From: Eledone cirrhosa
Lineage: Eukaryota
DNA length: 64,000 nt
Reading direction: 5' to 3'
NCBI GenBank assembly: GCA_964016885.1
Contig: OZ024740.1
Coordinates: forward strand, 24,800,001-24,864,000
The first letter of the stretch is position 1. The number at the start of each line of letters is the position of its first letter. The position numbers and the translations under genes are program-made. Under the pieces are notes generated by a model. That model saw only the letters and a program-made list of their open reading frames with translations. It was not told the origin of the DNA and ran no database searches. Below, piece after piece: positions 13,586 to 26,939 of the stretch.

Positions 13586-14139
13586 TTGTTAAATTATTCT
13601 GTCACTCTTCTTTATACTTAACTGTGAGATCTCCAGCCTGTTGTGTGACAACTGAGTAGTCACCTCTATCGTGTTCTCATCATTCCAACGTGTTGATCTC
13701 CAAGATATAAACTTATCTATGTAATCTACAATCGTACATACTAATCTCCTCATAGTTTCATAAATTGTTTTCAGTACAAACACTGCTTGTTCCTGAAACA
13801 TAAGGTATGGAAACCAGCCATCAACAAAACTCCAAAAGACAGACATCGCACTTACCGTTACATATACTAATCCATTAAAATATAGCAATGTCAACAACAA
13901 CAACACGGCAATAACAGCAACAATAATATTGGTAAATGTTGCTAAGAGTACGACGATTATTGGAAAAGCTTGTCACATATTAGAGAAGGGGAGGTAATCA
14001 TACAATAAAGGAGATTGTTGGAAGAACAATCTAATAAAACATAAAAACAAGAGAAACATTAATATAAAGACGTGAAAAATAACAATAAAATAAATAGTAA
14101 TAATATTAATAATAATAATAATAATGATAATAATAAGAA

Positions 14140-14499
14140 TGCTTTCTTTATTAACCACAAGGGTTTACATAAAGTAGACATTAAGGACAATACAGGACAA
14201 TACAGGACGGTACAAATTGGCATTTCTGCGTGTAAAAAAAAACAAAATCAGAGTATGTAACAAAAATAGAAACAATGAAAAATTCCCCGATAAGGGAGAG
14301 ATTTCCGAGGGTCATTCGAGGAGAAAGCCCATTAAAAAAGCCACGGTGACCCTGACCACCAGGTCAAGTGCCCTCTCCCAGTTTTCCACATTCAATTTAC
14401 AGGCGCATACTCGGGCCATGCTTACCTCTCTCACCCATCTTACAACAAAATGCTGGGAAGAGAGCACTTCCCTCTCTACCCTGATTTTCCTTTTCAAAT
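14140..14499 (-). mobile_element. Tx1 family A 3'-end fragment (5'-truncated)
   Basis: Reverse complement of 30237-30600 (KRKIRVEREVLSSQHF plus 3'UTR); tail in AAT repeats. Confidence 0.9.
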
Positions 14500-14650
14500 A
14501 AAATAATGATGTTGAAGATGATATTCATTAGGGTCATGATGACGCCGCCGACGACGACGAGGCGGTAGTAATGAGAATGATGATGTTACGTGTATAAATG
14601 TCATAAACACCACCACCAACAACAACAAACGTAATAAAAATAATGAAACT

Positions 14651-14837
14651 AACTGTTTCTACTGTTTGGCACAAGGCCAGCAATTATTCAGTGTATTACT
14701 GGTACTTTATTTTATCGACCCCGTAAGGATGAAAGGCAAAGTTAACCTCGGCGGGATTTGAACTCAGAACCTAAAGGGCCGTAACTCTATGCTGCAAAGC
14801 ATGGTGTCCTACCTTCTACCAATACTGCCAATCCACC
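14651..14837 (-). mobile_element. tRNA-derived SINE with Nin/Deu-like central domain
   Basis: A/B-box-like head (tggcagtattggtag; gagttcaaatccc), core gcctttcatccttacggggtcgataaaataaagtaccag; several copies in this window. Confidence 0.9.
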
Positions 14838-14863
14838 TTAATAATAATAGCAATAATAATAGT

Positions 14864-14904
14864 TTGTCTCCTACATGTCGGCCCTTGTGGCCAATAAATG
14901 AAAT
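14864..14904 (+). mobile_element. ~40-bp Tx1 family B 3' stub
   Basis: ttgtctcctacatgtcggcccttgtggccaataaatgaaat matches 24441-24480. Confidence 0.75.
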
Positions 14905-14929
14905 AATAGTAATAATATTAAAGATGATA

Positions 14930-14968
14930 ATTGTTATTATTGTTATTGTCGTTGTTGTTGTTTTTCTT

Positions 14969-14999
<31 letters not shown>

Positions 15000-15008
15000 T
15001 TCTTCTTC

Positions 15009-15079
<71 letters not shown>

Positions 15080-15090
15080 GTTATTGTTAT
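14930..15090. repeat. Compound (TTG)/(TTC)/(TTA)n microsatellite, left edge of the nested array
   Basis: Direct inspection. Confidence 0.95.
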
Positions 15091-16657
15091 TCCTTGAATC
15101 TCAGTCATTGATGTTGGTTAACTGGAAAGTCCGTTGGATTGAATATCAAGCCACTACCTGCAGCCTCAGATATTCAGGACGTATCGGAGGGTTCTTGCCG
15201 TTCCAAGCAAGCATGCCTTTTGAAGCGTTCCAAAAAGCGTGAAGGGGCCGATTTTCTTTAACCATCCCTGGAAACCTTTGGAGATAGTCCCCAGTGCGCC
15301 TATGACAATCGGGATCACTTTGACTTCATGGCAGTTCCAAATCCTTTTCACCTCCCACTTTAGGTCCTGGTATCGGTTAATTTTCTCCCTCTCCTTCTCT
15401 TGCACTCTCGTGTCGAACGGGCAGGCCACATCCACAATCAGGCACGATCTTTTTTCTTTGTCCACAACCACCAGGTCAGGTCTATTGTGTTCCAGTTTTT
15501 TGTCCGTCTGTATCCTAAAATCCCACAGCACCTTCACCTGATTGTTCTCCATCACCGCCTCTGGCCTATGCTCATACCATTTCTCAGAATGTGGTAGATT
15601 GTTTACTTTGCACAGGTGCCAGTGGATCACCCTGCCCATCACATCGTGTCTCCAGCCCTTATAGTGGGTCTGGGCTAGGTGTTTACACTCGGACACAATG
15701 TGAGCCACAGTCTCCTCTCTTTCTCCACAGATCCTGCACAGTGGGCTAGCCTCCTCCTTGTAGATATGGTGCTTCAACCACTTCGTTTTGAGGGCCTGCT
15801 CCTGCGCAGCCATTAGCATTCCTTCTGTAGCCTTTTTGAGGTCTCCTCTTCTCAACCAGTTCCATGTCTGTGGATCTCTAAATTCAGTTTTCTCAAAGAA
15901 GGTACTATGAAGGGATTTTCCCTTAAGGCTGCTCTTCCTCCTTGATGTTATTTCCTCCTTGGGTATCCCCTGGCCTACTGTCCCCTCCTTCAGTACAGCT
16001 CTGAGCATTGGCTCCTTACTATAGGTCACGTATTTGTATAGGTTGTTTTTCTCCATCTGAACACAGTCCTCTATGCTGATAAGACCTCTTCCACCCTCAG
16101 ATCTCCTTAGGTAGAGTCTATCGACATCACTCCTCTTGTGGAACATGTTGTAGATAGTCAATAGCTTCCTAGTCTTCCTATCCATTTCTTTTTGTTCAGC
16201 AACATTCCATCTCAGAATTCCCGCACTGTACCTAATAATAGACACAGCTCGGGAATTTACTGTGCTTATGGCATTTTTGCTGTTCAGATGTGACTTCAAT
16301 ACGCTCCTTACTCTCCGAATGTATTCAGTTCTTAACAATTCCTTCATTTTTTTGTTCTTTATGCCATCAGCCTCCAGAACGCCCAAATACTTGTATCCTT
16401 CCTCAGAGTCAATTTCCTTTATCATCTCACCTGTTGGTATCTGGATCCCGTTACTTCTGCTCAACCTACCCCTCCTCATCACAATGACTCCACATTTACC
16501 AATACCAAACTGCATACATATATCACTGCTGAAAATACGGACAGTGTCAACAAGCACATCCAACTCCTTCTCACTTTTCCCGAAGAGCTTAAGATCGTCC
16601 ATGAAGAGGAGGTGATTGATGGTAAGCTCTCCCCTTGCCAACTTGTATCCTGCTCTC
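15091..16657 (-). mobile_element. R4/Dong-clade non-LTR retrotransposon copy 1, 5'-truncated
   Basis: ORF 15166-16641: HLLFMDD (RT), CRICGEREETVAHIVSEC (CCHC), RPD...D...K (restriction-like endonuclease); flanked by (TAA)n in its sense orientation. Confidence 0.92.
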
Positions 16658-16707
<50 letters not shown>

Positions 16708-19700
16708 GGCGACCTACGTAGTAAATCGTATCATCGTGTGCTACGCAAAGGTTTGTTATTTTCAGTTATTTAAAATTGCCATTTATAGAAATTTTTTATT
16801 GTTAACTATATATAAGTGCACATACATTGATTACTGAAAAGGACACTCAAAAATATTGGGGCCTTGAGCCCAAAATTTAAACTTTTTATAATTATCAAAC
16901 AAAAAATGTTTTCTTTGAAAAATAATGGATGACTCAGATTCACTCCTTCCTCACAATCCAACACCTCACACCGACACCACCATTGTAAACATTGCTACGT
17001 TTGCCAACACTGGAATTGTAAGCAGTAGCAATATTTTAAATTTGTCTCAGGCAGACGTTCATTTCCCGCCATTACCAATGACTGCAGGTGTTAAAACCGC
17101 CACCACCACCAACACAGCGACAACAGAAACAAAAGAAAAAAAACATTAACTCATGATATCGAAATGAATTCAACCAAAATGAACTATTCCACACCGAACA
17201 CCCCTGACGCCACCACCACCACAACTGAAACTGAAATTAACAATAGCAAAAATAACGATAATAACAACAGCAACAACGAAATTAAGAAAACTACCCTGAG
17301 TTTTGCCAGAGTAGCAAAAACGTGCGAAGCGATTCAGGTAACTCAGGAAGAATCAGACGAAGCCAAAGGAATGGTAAAGAAAGATGGGTACAGTGTCAGC
17401 CTCCCCCCCCCCCACACCTAATAAAATGGAGCAACGGCGCCTATACACCGTGTCTTATCGGACAATAAACATAAAATCGCGCCGAGTGGAAGGGCATCTG
17501 AGTCCCGAATCCAAAAAGCTTTGGGACATGTGTGGGCAAAAAAACCCCACATCTGACGTGGGCAGAAGTATGGAACCGTGGACGTGTTCTTTGAAACACC
17601 ACAGAAGGCCAGAGAACACTCCATGGACCCATTAAGAAGTGACGACTTCACACTCATCCCAAGCTATTGTGGCCAGAGACTTGTGAAGATCAGAGTGACC
17701 CACGTTCCACCGGCCATCGAAATTCCCTGGCTAATGGCTGCCGTCCTCGCCGGCATCGATGCCATCACCAAAATAATAGAAATAGCAAAAGAAAAGCAGG
17801 AGAACTGGTCCGGATCTGGGATGGAGCTCCTGATCCAAGCGGACCATAAAAGCATTGAAGATATCCCAGAGGTAATAGACCTCACTGACGGCAGTCACCT
17901 AACCGTAATCGTCGAGCGCAGAAGACCTAGGTATGTCGTTTGTGGTGAAGGAACCCACCTAAGGGCTTTCTGCCCTCAGGCTAAAAGGTTGAAGCCACCT
18001 CTCTTACCCACCCCAGTGACTCAACCATCAACACCACCAGCAGCAGAAATAGCAGCAAAACTGTAGCAGCAACAACCCCAGCAACAGTAGCAAAACCAAC
18101 GCCACCACCACCCAACGCCCCAGAACTAGCACCAGCGCCTACACCATCCACCACGCCACAACCAAAACCAACGCCTGCGGAGGATTTTCCACTCCCCGGC
18201 TTATCACAACTGGAGACAGATTTCTGACGACGAGGAGTGGGAAATGGTATCAGGAAAAAAGAAAAAAAAAAAGAAAGCAAAAAAGAAAAAATTCTCTTCC
18301 TTCCCCCTCAAAAAACAAAATACAGAGGGAAACAAATAAATTATCGAACAAGAAAGTTAAGACAGATATGCCACCATCCACACCAGCATCACCAACCCCA
18401 TCACCACAAACACCAACACCATCACCATCATTAACCCCAACACCACCATCACCAACACCATCACCATCATTAACCCCAACACCACCATCACCAGCACCAC
18501 AAAAGTCACCAAAAAGCGTAACAGAAACAAACCCACAACAAACGCAAACAAAACAAAACAACCAAAACGATACACACTACACAGCATTAAATTTGAACAA
18601 CAACCAATTATTACACTACATGCAACACAATACCAGGATCACAGAAAAAGACTACACAACAACCCAAAAGTTCACACCACCTCCACACATGCAAATCACT
18701 CGCATCACACAGAAAACGTTACACGACACTAAAACAAACATTCCCCAAATACATCGGAGAATTCCGACAAACACTCTCCAGGAGGATTTATAAGGAGATC
18801 CTTTCGGAGGAGGCCACAAGCAGTGAAAAGGATGGACAAACCATCCTTCCTCTAAGAGAAGTAAGGTAAGTTGTCTTTCCCATCTTTTCCACTCCATTTC
18901 AACATGACCTCACTCAGAATAGGCAGCATAAATGCGCGTTGCTTGGGGTCGTCATGGAAGTAGGGCCACCTGCTCAACGAACTCAGGTCACTAAACATAG
19001 ATGTAGTGGCCATCAGTGAGACCAGAATCTCCGAGGCACGAGCCTTCGCACCGATCTTCGGCGGCTACGATGTGTACGCATCTCCCAGCCGTCCTGGATC
19101 GGGGGGAAGAGTTGCTATGCTTTTTCGGAGAGGTTTGGATCTCGCCATACGGACCATCTTGCTGGACCCAGAGGGTAAGTTGGTGGTGCTGGACGTGACC
19201 AGCGGAAACGGGAAATCTTTCAGGCTAGTGGCCGTCTATGCCCCGACAGGTGCAGGGCGGCCTGATTTCTTCCGGCGTCTGGAGACCTTTCTTGGAATGT
19301 CCCGCTCTTTAGTGCTAGTGGGCGACTGGAACGGGATCTTAGATGCACGCTGGGACTGTGTGGGATTAGCGGATATGGGTGGAGGGAGCAAGAGCCTCAC
19401 CAACCTGCTCAGGCGTGTTGAACTGTCTGAGAGGTACCGATTGGATTTCCCGAATGTGCCAATGTGGACTTGGACAAATCGCATAGGGTCATCCAGATCA
19501 TATCTAGATAGAGTATTTTGTAGGGAAATAGATAGGTCTAGCATAGGCTGTCCACAATTCAAGATAGTCAGCTACACGGACCACAAATTCGTGATCTGTG
19601 TGCATGACTTAAATAGGCTTCATAGACGAGGACCCGGCTACTGGAAGCTAAACGCGTCCTTACCAGCGCGCAAGGCCTACAGAGACCAGATTAGAGAACT

Positions 19701-22136
19701 AGTTAATCGGGCGTTGACGGGGGTCATCGTCAACAACAAGTGGTGGTTTGCTCTGAAATGAGCGATTACAATAGAATCCATTAGGTTTAGTAAGGCTTTA
19801 GCAATAGAGAAAAATAGAGCAGAGGGAGGACTAGTTAGGAAATTAGACGAGGCACTTAGCAAAGGCATCGCGACCGACGTGTTTGCGGCGAAATTGGCCC
19901 TTGAACAATTCTTCAATGCAAAGCACCAAGGCTGCGTTGTCAGAGCTCGGGTACGTGCTCTCAGACACGAGGGGACGAAAGCCGTTCAATGGGCCCGAGT
20001 GGCGGAGGCGCGTCGTGGCAACAAAGCCACGATCCGGTCTTTGGTGGACCACGACGGGCGCATGCTACTTGATCCCGGGCAAATGTGTGAAGCTTTTCAG
20101 CGACACTTCGCTCAGCTGTTCGGGGGCAGCGGTGGGCCGGGTTGAAGGTTGGACTTTAGTGTCTACCTCGACGGACTGCCGCGGCTCTCGGCCACTGATG
20201 CGGAGTGTTGCGAAAAGCCGATAACAGCCGCTGAAGTACGGGATGCAATGACTGGCTGCACAAGGGGTAATTCGCCTGGTTTGGGTGGTCTGCCCTATGA
20301 ACTTTACGCACAGATGCCAGACTTGTTCGGAGATCTATTGGCGGACGTCTACTGCAACTGGCAACATAACGGGAGAATTCCCAGCTCTGTGAGCCGAGGA
20401 GCGGTGGCACTGCTGAGAAAGGATCTGAACAAGGGGGATAACATAGATAATTTCAGGCCCATAACTCTGCTAAACACAGAGTTCAAGATTTTGGCCAAAG
20501 TGCTAGCAAAGAGGTTGGTGCTTTTCGTTGGTGGTCTGGTGGGAGAGGCGCAGACATGCGCCATTCCCGACAGATCCATCCACGACAACCTCCACCTCAT
20601 GCGATGCATCGTAGAGAGGGTAGCTAGGGAACCTGGCACGGGTGGGTCCTTGATCAATTTAGATCAGTCGAAAGCTTTCGATAGGGTCGACTATCGTTAC
20701 CTAGCGGCAGTCCTGAGGGCGGCTGGCTTTGGGCCCGTCTTCAGAGGCTGGATCGCTGCAATCCACAGCGACATCTGCCTTAGGTGAGAGTGATCGGTCA
20801 CCATTCGGAACCGTTCAACATCATGCGCTCGGTCCGCCAAGGATGTCCCCTCTCGTCCCTCTTGTACGTTTTGACTCTCGAGCCATTACTGCACAATCTG
20901 GAGACGTTGAGGGGCGTCCCGCGCGAACTAGGATGCGGAATATCCGTGTCAGCATGTGCACGATGTCACGGTAGTGGTGTCAACCAGGAAAAGTCAGTGG
21001 GCCTGCAGCTCGGCACCTGGAGAGGCAGCTCCATGCCGTCCAACAGCGTCGTCGGACGCTGGAGGGACGGACCGGTTAAATTGCTAGGGTTCTGGTTCGG
21101 TCCGGACCTCCAGACGGACAAAAACTGGGACGAGGTGACGAGCAGGGTGGCTTCTCTCACCCAGAAATGGGCGGAGAGGAAGCTATCCCTGAAAGGTCGA
21201 GCGGAGGTGGCTAACGCGTACATCGCGTTTGTCATCTGTTACCGCCTGACCGTCGTACCTTGTCCTAAGCCCCGCCTGACTGCGCGGGAGCGTTTGCTCT
21301 TTCGCTTTTTGGGGAAGGGACGCGCTCCGATGATCAGGCGGTCCATCTGCTGTCAACACCCGCTACGTGGATGGCTGGGCGTGCCGTGGCTGATGATGCG
21401 AAGACACGCGCTCAGGTTACGACATCTCCACCTCCTCCTCGACGGTGATCAGGTGTGGTAGCCGTTTGCTAGACACGTATTTCCCCAGCTCGTTTCCTTG
21501 ACGGAGCTGCAGTCCTGGGTTAAGCGAAGACCGAGAGGGAGCGCCTGGAGACTGGAATGTCTACAGGCGCTCACAGCTCTCGACCAATCGGGCAACGTGA
21601 TCGGTGGAAACTCCACCTCGGCCTTCTATAGAGGATTAGTGGAGGGGAAGAGCGACGACGTACTTGGGGAAACTCTAGGCGTCGACGAAAATCAACTAGC
21701 CAATCTCTTCGGAAGAACTTTCGGGCCGGGACCTATGGACAACTTCCAGAAATCTCTGGCCTGACAGTGCTACCGAGGAGCCTTGCCAGTTCGGGATAAA
21801 CTCTACAGGCAACTCTATGCGCGCAGGGCGACGAAACCGTCCTGCAAGCACTGGTCCAGTGTCCGAGCATTGCTGACTTGTGGGTTTATGTCGAACACCT
21901 GCTGTCGCGTGTAGGACGGCTCCGGCTATTATCTGAGTCCATCGTGAGGATTGCCCCGCTCTCTTCCTTTGGCCGGGAAGGGATGGCAGCTTTTATCTGC
22001 CTGGTGGTCATGGCGAAAGAGATAGTATGGTGGACGCGTTTGAAAGGGTTGAAGACGAGCACTTACCTCTTCGGTGATGCCCTGATTGACTTTTTCAAAT
22101 TTCATTTGAAAAGGAAAATCAGAGAAGAGAGGGAAG
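16708..22136 (+). mobile_element. Tx1-clade LINE family A copy A1 (decayed; broken ~330 bp before its 3' end)
   Basis: Starts after (TTA)n. ORF1 remnants 16925-18869; ORF2 from 18904 has APE motifs (SETR, GDWN, YLDR, TDH) and RT motifs, with stops, frameshifts and a damaged YADD. Confidence 0.92.
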
Positions 22137-24480
22137 AATGCGAAAGGCCAATTACTTCAGCCGAGATTCAGGATGCCCTTGTAGGCTGTATGAGGCGCAA
22201 GTCACTCGGTTTGGATGGCCTGCCCTACGAGCTTTACGTAAATATGCCAGACTTATTCTCCAATCTCCTCGAAGCGCTCTACTGCAACTGGCAGCAAAAC
22301 GGAGTATTCCCAGTTCTGTGAGCCGGGGCGTAGTGACGCTGATAAGGAAAGACGAGAACAAGAGGGACACATTAGACAATTTCAGGCCCATAATTCTGCT
22401 CAAAACAGAGTTTAAGATTTTGGCTAGGGTGTTAGCGAAGAGGTTGGCGCTTGTCGTCGGGGATTTGGTTGGGAAGGCGCAAACTTGCGCAATCCCAACC
22501 AGGTCCATACATGACAACCTCCACCTAATGCGATACATCATAGAGAGGGTAGGATGTAAACCTGGCTTCGGTGGGGTTCTGATCAATTTAGATCAATCGA
22601 AAGCATTCAATAGGGTCGACCATCGGTACCTGGAGGCTGTCCTCAAGGCGGCTGGCTTCGGCCCCGTCTTCAGAAACTGGATCGCTGCAATGCACAGCGG
22701 CACCTGCTCGATGGTCAAAATTAATGGCCACCTGCCGGAACCGTTTCAGGTCTTCCGATCGGTCCGTCAAGGGTGCCCTCTCTCCTCCCTTCTGTACGTA
22801 TTGACACTCGAACCGGGACGCGGAAGGGCTGTGTCGGCTTATGCGGACGACATCACCGTAATGGTGTCGGACACCTCAGAAATCGAGGTGGTCGGCAACT
22901 TATTGGAGGAATATGATAGGTTGACGGGAGCAAAACTTAACCCGGAAAAGTCAGTGGGCTTGCAACTCGGCACCTGGAGGAGCAAGTCCATGCCGTCCAA
23001 CAGCATCGTTAGGCGCTGGACGGACGGACCGGTAAAGTTGCTAGGGGTTTGGTTCGGGCCAGACCTCCAGGTAGATAAGAATTGGGACGAGGTGACGGGC
23101 AAGGTAGTAAGTCTCACCCAGAAATGGGCTGGGATAAAGCTATCACTGAAAGGTCGGGCGGAGGTGGCGAACGCGTACATCGCGTCCGTCATCTACTACC
23201 GTCTGACTGTCGTCCCTTACCCCCGTTTGCGCCTCGCCATCTTGGAGCAGCTCCTCTTCAAATTCTTGTGGAGGGGTCAGGTTCCGCTGGTGAGGCGGTC
23301 CATCTGCTGCCAGCACCCTCTACGTGGAGGGCTGGGAATGCTGTGGCTAATGATGCGCAGACACGCGCTGAGGCTGCGACATCTCCAGATATTCTGCCTA
23401 AACGGTGAACAGGTGTGGTCGCCGTTTGTCAGACGGGCCTTTCCGCAGCTCGTTTCTTTAACTGAGTTGCAGTCCTGGGTCAAGAAGAGACCGAGACTGG
23501 CTGACTGGCATCTGGAATGTTGCCAGGCACTCACTACCCTCTACTAGGTGCGCAATGCGGTCAGTGGAACTTCCACTCTCGTGTTATATAGAGGATTAGT
23601 GGTGGGCAAGTGCGACGACATATTCGGAGAGGCTATGGGAGTCAACGAAGTCGAACTAACCAGTCTGTACCGGAGGACTTTCGAGCCGGGGACGTTGGAT
23701 AATTTCCAAAAATCCCTCGCTTGGCAGTGCTACTGGGGTGCACTACCGGTTCGATATAAACTCTACAGGCACGGAAGTGCTGTCAGACGGACCTGCCCGA
23801 GATGCGCGCAGAGCGACGAAACCGTTCTGCACGCACTCGTCCAGTGTCCGTGCATTACTGACTTGTGGAGTTATGTTGAACAGCTGTTCTCGCGTGTAGA
23901 ACGGATCCGGCTATCGGCCGAGTCCATAGTGAAGATCGACCCGCCGCCTTCTTTTGGCCAGGAAGGGCAGGGAATTTTACTCTGTCTGGTGGCAGTAGCG
24001 AAAGAGGTTGTATGGTGGACGAAGTTGAACGGACTGAATACAGACACTTTTCTCTTCGGCCAATCCCTCATCAACTTTTTCAGGTTTCACTTGGAAAGGA
24101 AAGTGAGAGTGGAGAGAGAAGTGCTGCCCCCCAGTACATTTTCTGAAAGGTGGGTGAATGTGGCGAGAATGGCCCGTGTGAGCGGACCTACTCTGGTCAT
24201 GCGGCTGTAGGTAGGTAAATTTAAAGAGGAGAGGGGTGCCCTTCCAAGGTTCTCTCGAAGCGTCGGGTCGTTCCGGACTGGTGGGGTACCTGAGCGAACC
24301 CTAGGTGGTCATCCCCCCTATTGGGGAATGTTTTCTTGTAATTTTCTTGTTAATTTATTGTTACTTTGTTATTGTTACTTTGTTTATTCATATTGTTTAC
24401 TCGATTTTTCTGTAAAACCCCACTGTCCCAGTCTTTTGTATTGTCCCCTATATGTCGGCCCTGTGGCCAATAAATGAAAT
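22137..24480 (+). mobile_element. Tx1-clade family B, 3' half (RT, Cys-rich C-terminus, 3'UTR)
   Basis: ORFs 22138-23547 (QGCPLS, YADD) and 23548-24210 (CPRC...H..VQC). Clearly diverged from family A, with a distinct 3'UTR and an (ATT)n tail. Confidence 0.9.
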
Positions 24481-24697
24481 CATTATTATTATTATTATTA
24501 TTGGCGACCTACGTAGGAAATCGTATTATCGTGAGCTCTGCAAAGGTTTGTTATTTCCGTTTGTTTAAAAATTGCCATTTATGGAAAATTTTATTGTAAA
24601 CTGTTTATAAGCACACATACATTGTTTTCCGAAAAGGACACCCAAAAAGATTGGGGCCTTGTGCCCAAAATTTTAACTTTTATTATTATCCAAAAAT

Positions 24698-24878
24698 GGA
24701 TTGGCAGTATCGGTAGAGAGTCGGACGCCATGCTTTCCAGCATAGTTACGTCCTCCCTTTACAGTCTTATTTCAAATCCCGCCGAGGTTAACTTTGCCTT
24801 TCATCCTTACGGGGTCGATAAAATAAAGTACCAGTAATGTACTGGGTAATTGATGGCCTTGTGCCAAAAGTAGAAACA
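24698..24878 (+). mobile_element. Nin-domain SINE inserted in the A2 5'UTR
   Basis: 16-bp TSD attattatccaaaaat at 24682-24697 and 24879-24894; absent from A1 and A3. Confidence 0.92.
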
Positions 24879-24908
24879 ATTATTATCCAAAAATTTCTTT
24901 GAAAAAAG

Positions 24909-26905
24909 ATGGCTAATTCCCCTCTGCACGAAGCAGCTGAAAGCCTTCCTCACAAAATAACACCTCCCACCGACATCACCATTGTAAATGTTACTACGTT
25001 TGCCAACACAAAAAAAAATATAAGCAGTAGCAATATTTTAAATTTGTCTCAGGCAGACATTCATTTCCCGCCATTACCAATGACTGCAGGTGTTAAACCC
25101 TCCACCACCACCACCACCGCGACAACCACCACCACCACCACCACCGCGACAACAGAAACAAAAGAAGAAAAAAATAAATTAACTCGAGACGTCGAAATGA
25201 AATCAAGCAAAATGGACTCTTCCCCACCAAAGACGACTGACGTCACCACCACCACAACTGAAAATAAAATTAATATTAACGATGGCAACAACAACAACAA
25301 TGACATTATAAAACCGACCCTCAGTTTCGCCATCGTAGCAAAACAATTCGAAGCGTTCACGGTAACTCAAGAAGATTTAGAAAATGCCAAACAAATGGTA
25401 AAGAAAGATGGGTACAGGGTCAGCCTCACCCCCCCCCCCCCCCCCACCTAATAAAATGGAGCATCGGCGCCTGTGCACCGTGTCGTACAGAACAATAAAT
25501 GTAAAATCGCGCCGAGTGGAACGGGCATCCGAGTCCCAAATCCAAAAAGCTTTGGCACATGTGTGGGCAAGAAAAACCCACATCAGACGTGGGCAAAAGT
25601 ATGGAACCGTGGATGTGTTCTTTGAAACACCAGAGGAGGCTAGAGAACACTCCATGGCCCCATTAAAAAGTGACGACCTCACACTCGTCCCAAGCTATTG
25701 TGGCCAGAGACTCGTAAAGATCAGGGTGACCCACGTTCCACCGGCCATCGAAATTCCCTGGCTAATAGCGGCTGTCCTCGCCGGCATCGAAGCCAACACG
25801 AAAATAATAGCAGTAGCAAAAGAAAAGCAGGAAAACTGGTCCGGATCTGGGATGGAGCTCCTGATCCAAGCGGACCAAAAAAGCATTGAGGAGATCCCAG
25901 AGGTAATAGACCTCACTGACGGCAGCCACCTCACGGTAATTGTCGAGGGCAGAAGACCTAGGTGTGTCGTTTGTGGTGAAGGAACCCACCTAAGGGCTTT
26001 CTGCCCTCAGGCTAAAAGGTTGAGGCCACCTCTCCTACCCACCCCAGTGACACAACCATCAACACCACCAGTAGCAGAGATGGCAGCAACAACTGTAGCA
26101 GCAACAACAGAAGCAACTATAACAGCAACAACCCCAGCAACAGTAGCAAAACCAACACCACTACCACTACCAGCAAAACCAACACCACCACCACCCAACG
26201 CTTCAGAACTAGCACCAGCGCCTACACCATCCACCACACCACAACCAAAACTAACGGCTGTGGAGGATTTTCCACTCCCCGGCCTATCACAACTGGAGAC
26301 AGATTGGTACGACGAGGAGTGGGAAACGATATCCGGAAAAAAAAAAAAGAAACCAAAAAAGAAAAAATTCTCTTCCTTCCCCCTCCAAAAACAAAATACA
26401 GAGGGAAACAAATAAACTAAGAAACAAAAAAGTTAGGACAGATATGCCACCATCCACACCAGCATCACCAACCCCATCAACTCAAACACCAACACCATCA
26501 GCATCATTATCCCCAGCACCACCATCACCAACACCACAAAAGTCACCAAAATGCGAATCAGAAACAAACCCACAACAAACGCAAACAAAACAAAACAACC
26601 AAAACGATACACACTACACAGCATTAAATTTGAACAACAAGCAATTATTACACTACATCCAACACAACACCAGCATCACAGAAAAAGACTACACAACAAC
26701 CCCAAAATTCACACCACCTCCACACATACAAATCACTCGCATCACACAGAAAACGTACATGACACTAAAACAAAAATTCCCCAAAGACATCGGAGACTTC
26801 CGACAAGCACTCTCCAGGAGGATTTATAAGGACATCCTTCCTGAGGAGGCCACAAGCAGTGAAAAGGATGGAAAAGCCGTCCTTCCCCTACGAGAAGTAA
26901 GGTAA
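24909..26905 (+). pseudogene. Tx1-A ORF1 (gag-like; single CCHC knuckle; Pro/Thr-rich), frameshifted in homopolymer runs
   Basis: ORF pieces 24909-25451, 25408-26415 (CVVCGEGTHLRAFC) and 26444-26905; breaks at poly-C ~25430 and poly-A ~26340. Confidence 0.85.
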
Positions 26906-26939
26906 GTGGTCTTTCCCATCTTTTCCACTCCTTTTCAAC

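Noticed and set aside
13856-14030. Minus-strand exon-like segment (TAG acceptor, GTAAGT donor) with a hydrophobic frame
   Set aside because: Stops in all three frames; cannot be supported as coding, though a non-coding exon is not excluded.
14467-22136. Inversion of 14500-22136 making 14140-14499 the missing 3' end of A1
   Set aside because: The ~33-bp overlap has mismatches and this fragment looks more diverged. The 42818 fragment fits A1 better and also explains the polarity switch.
25428-25446. Programmed frameshift at the ORF1 poly-C run
   Set aside because: Run length differs among A1, A2 and A3; slippage or sequencing error is simpler.
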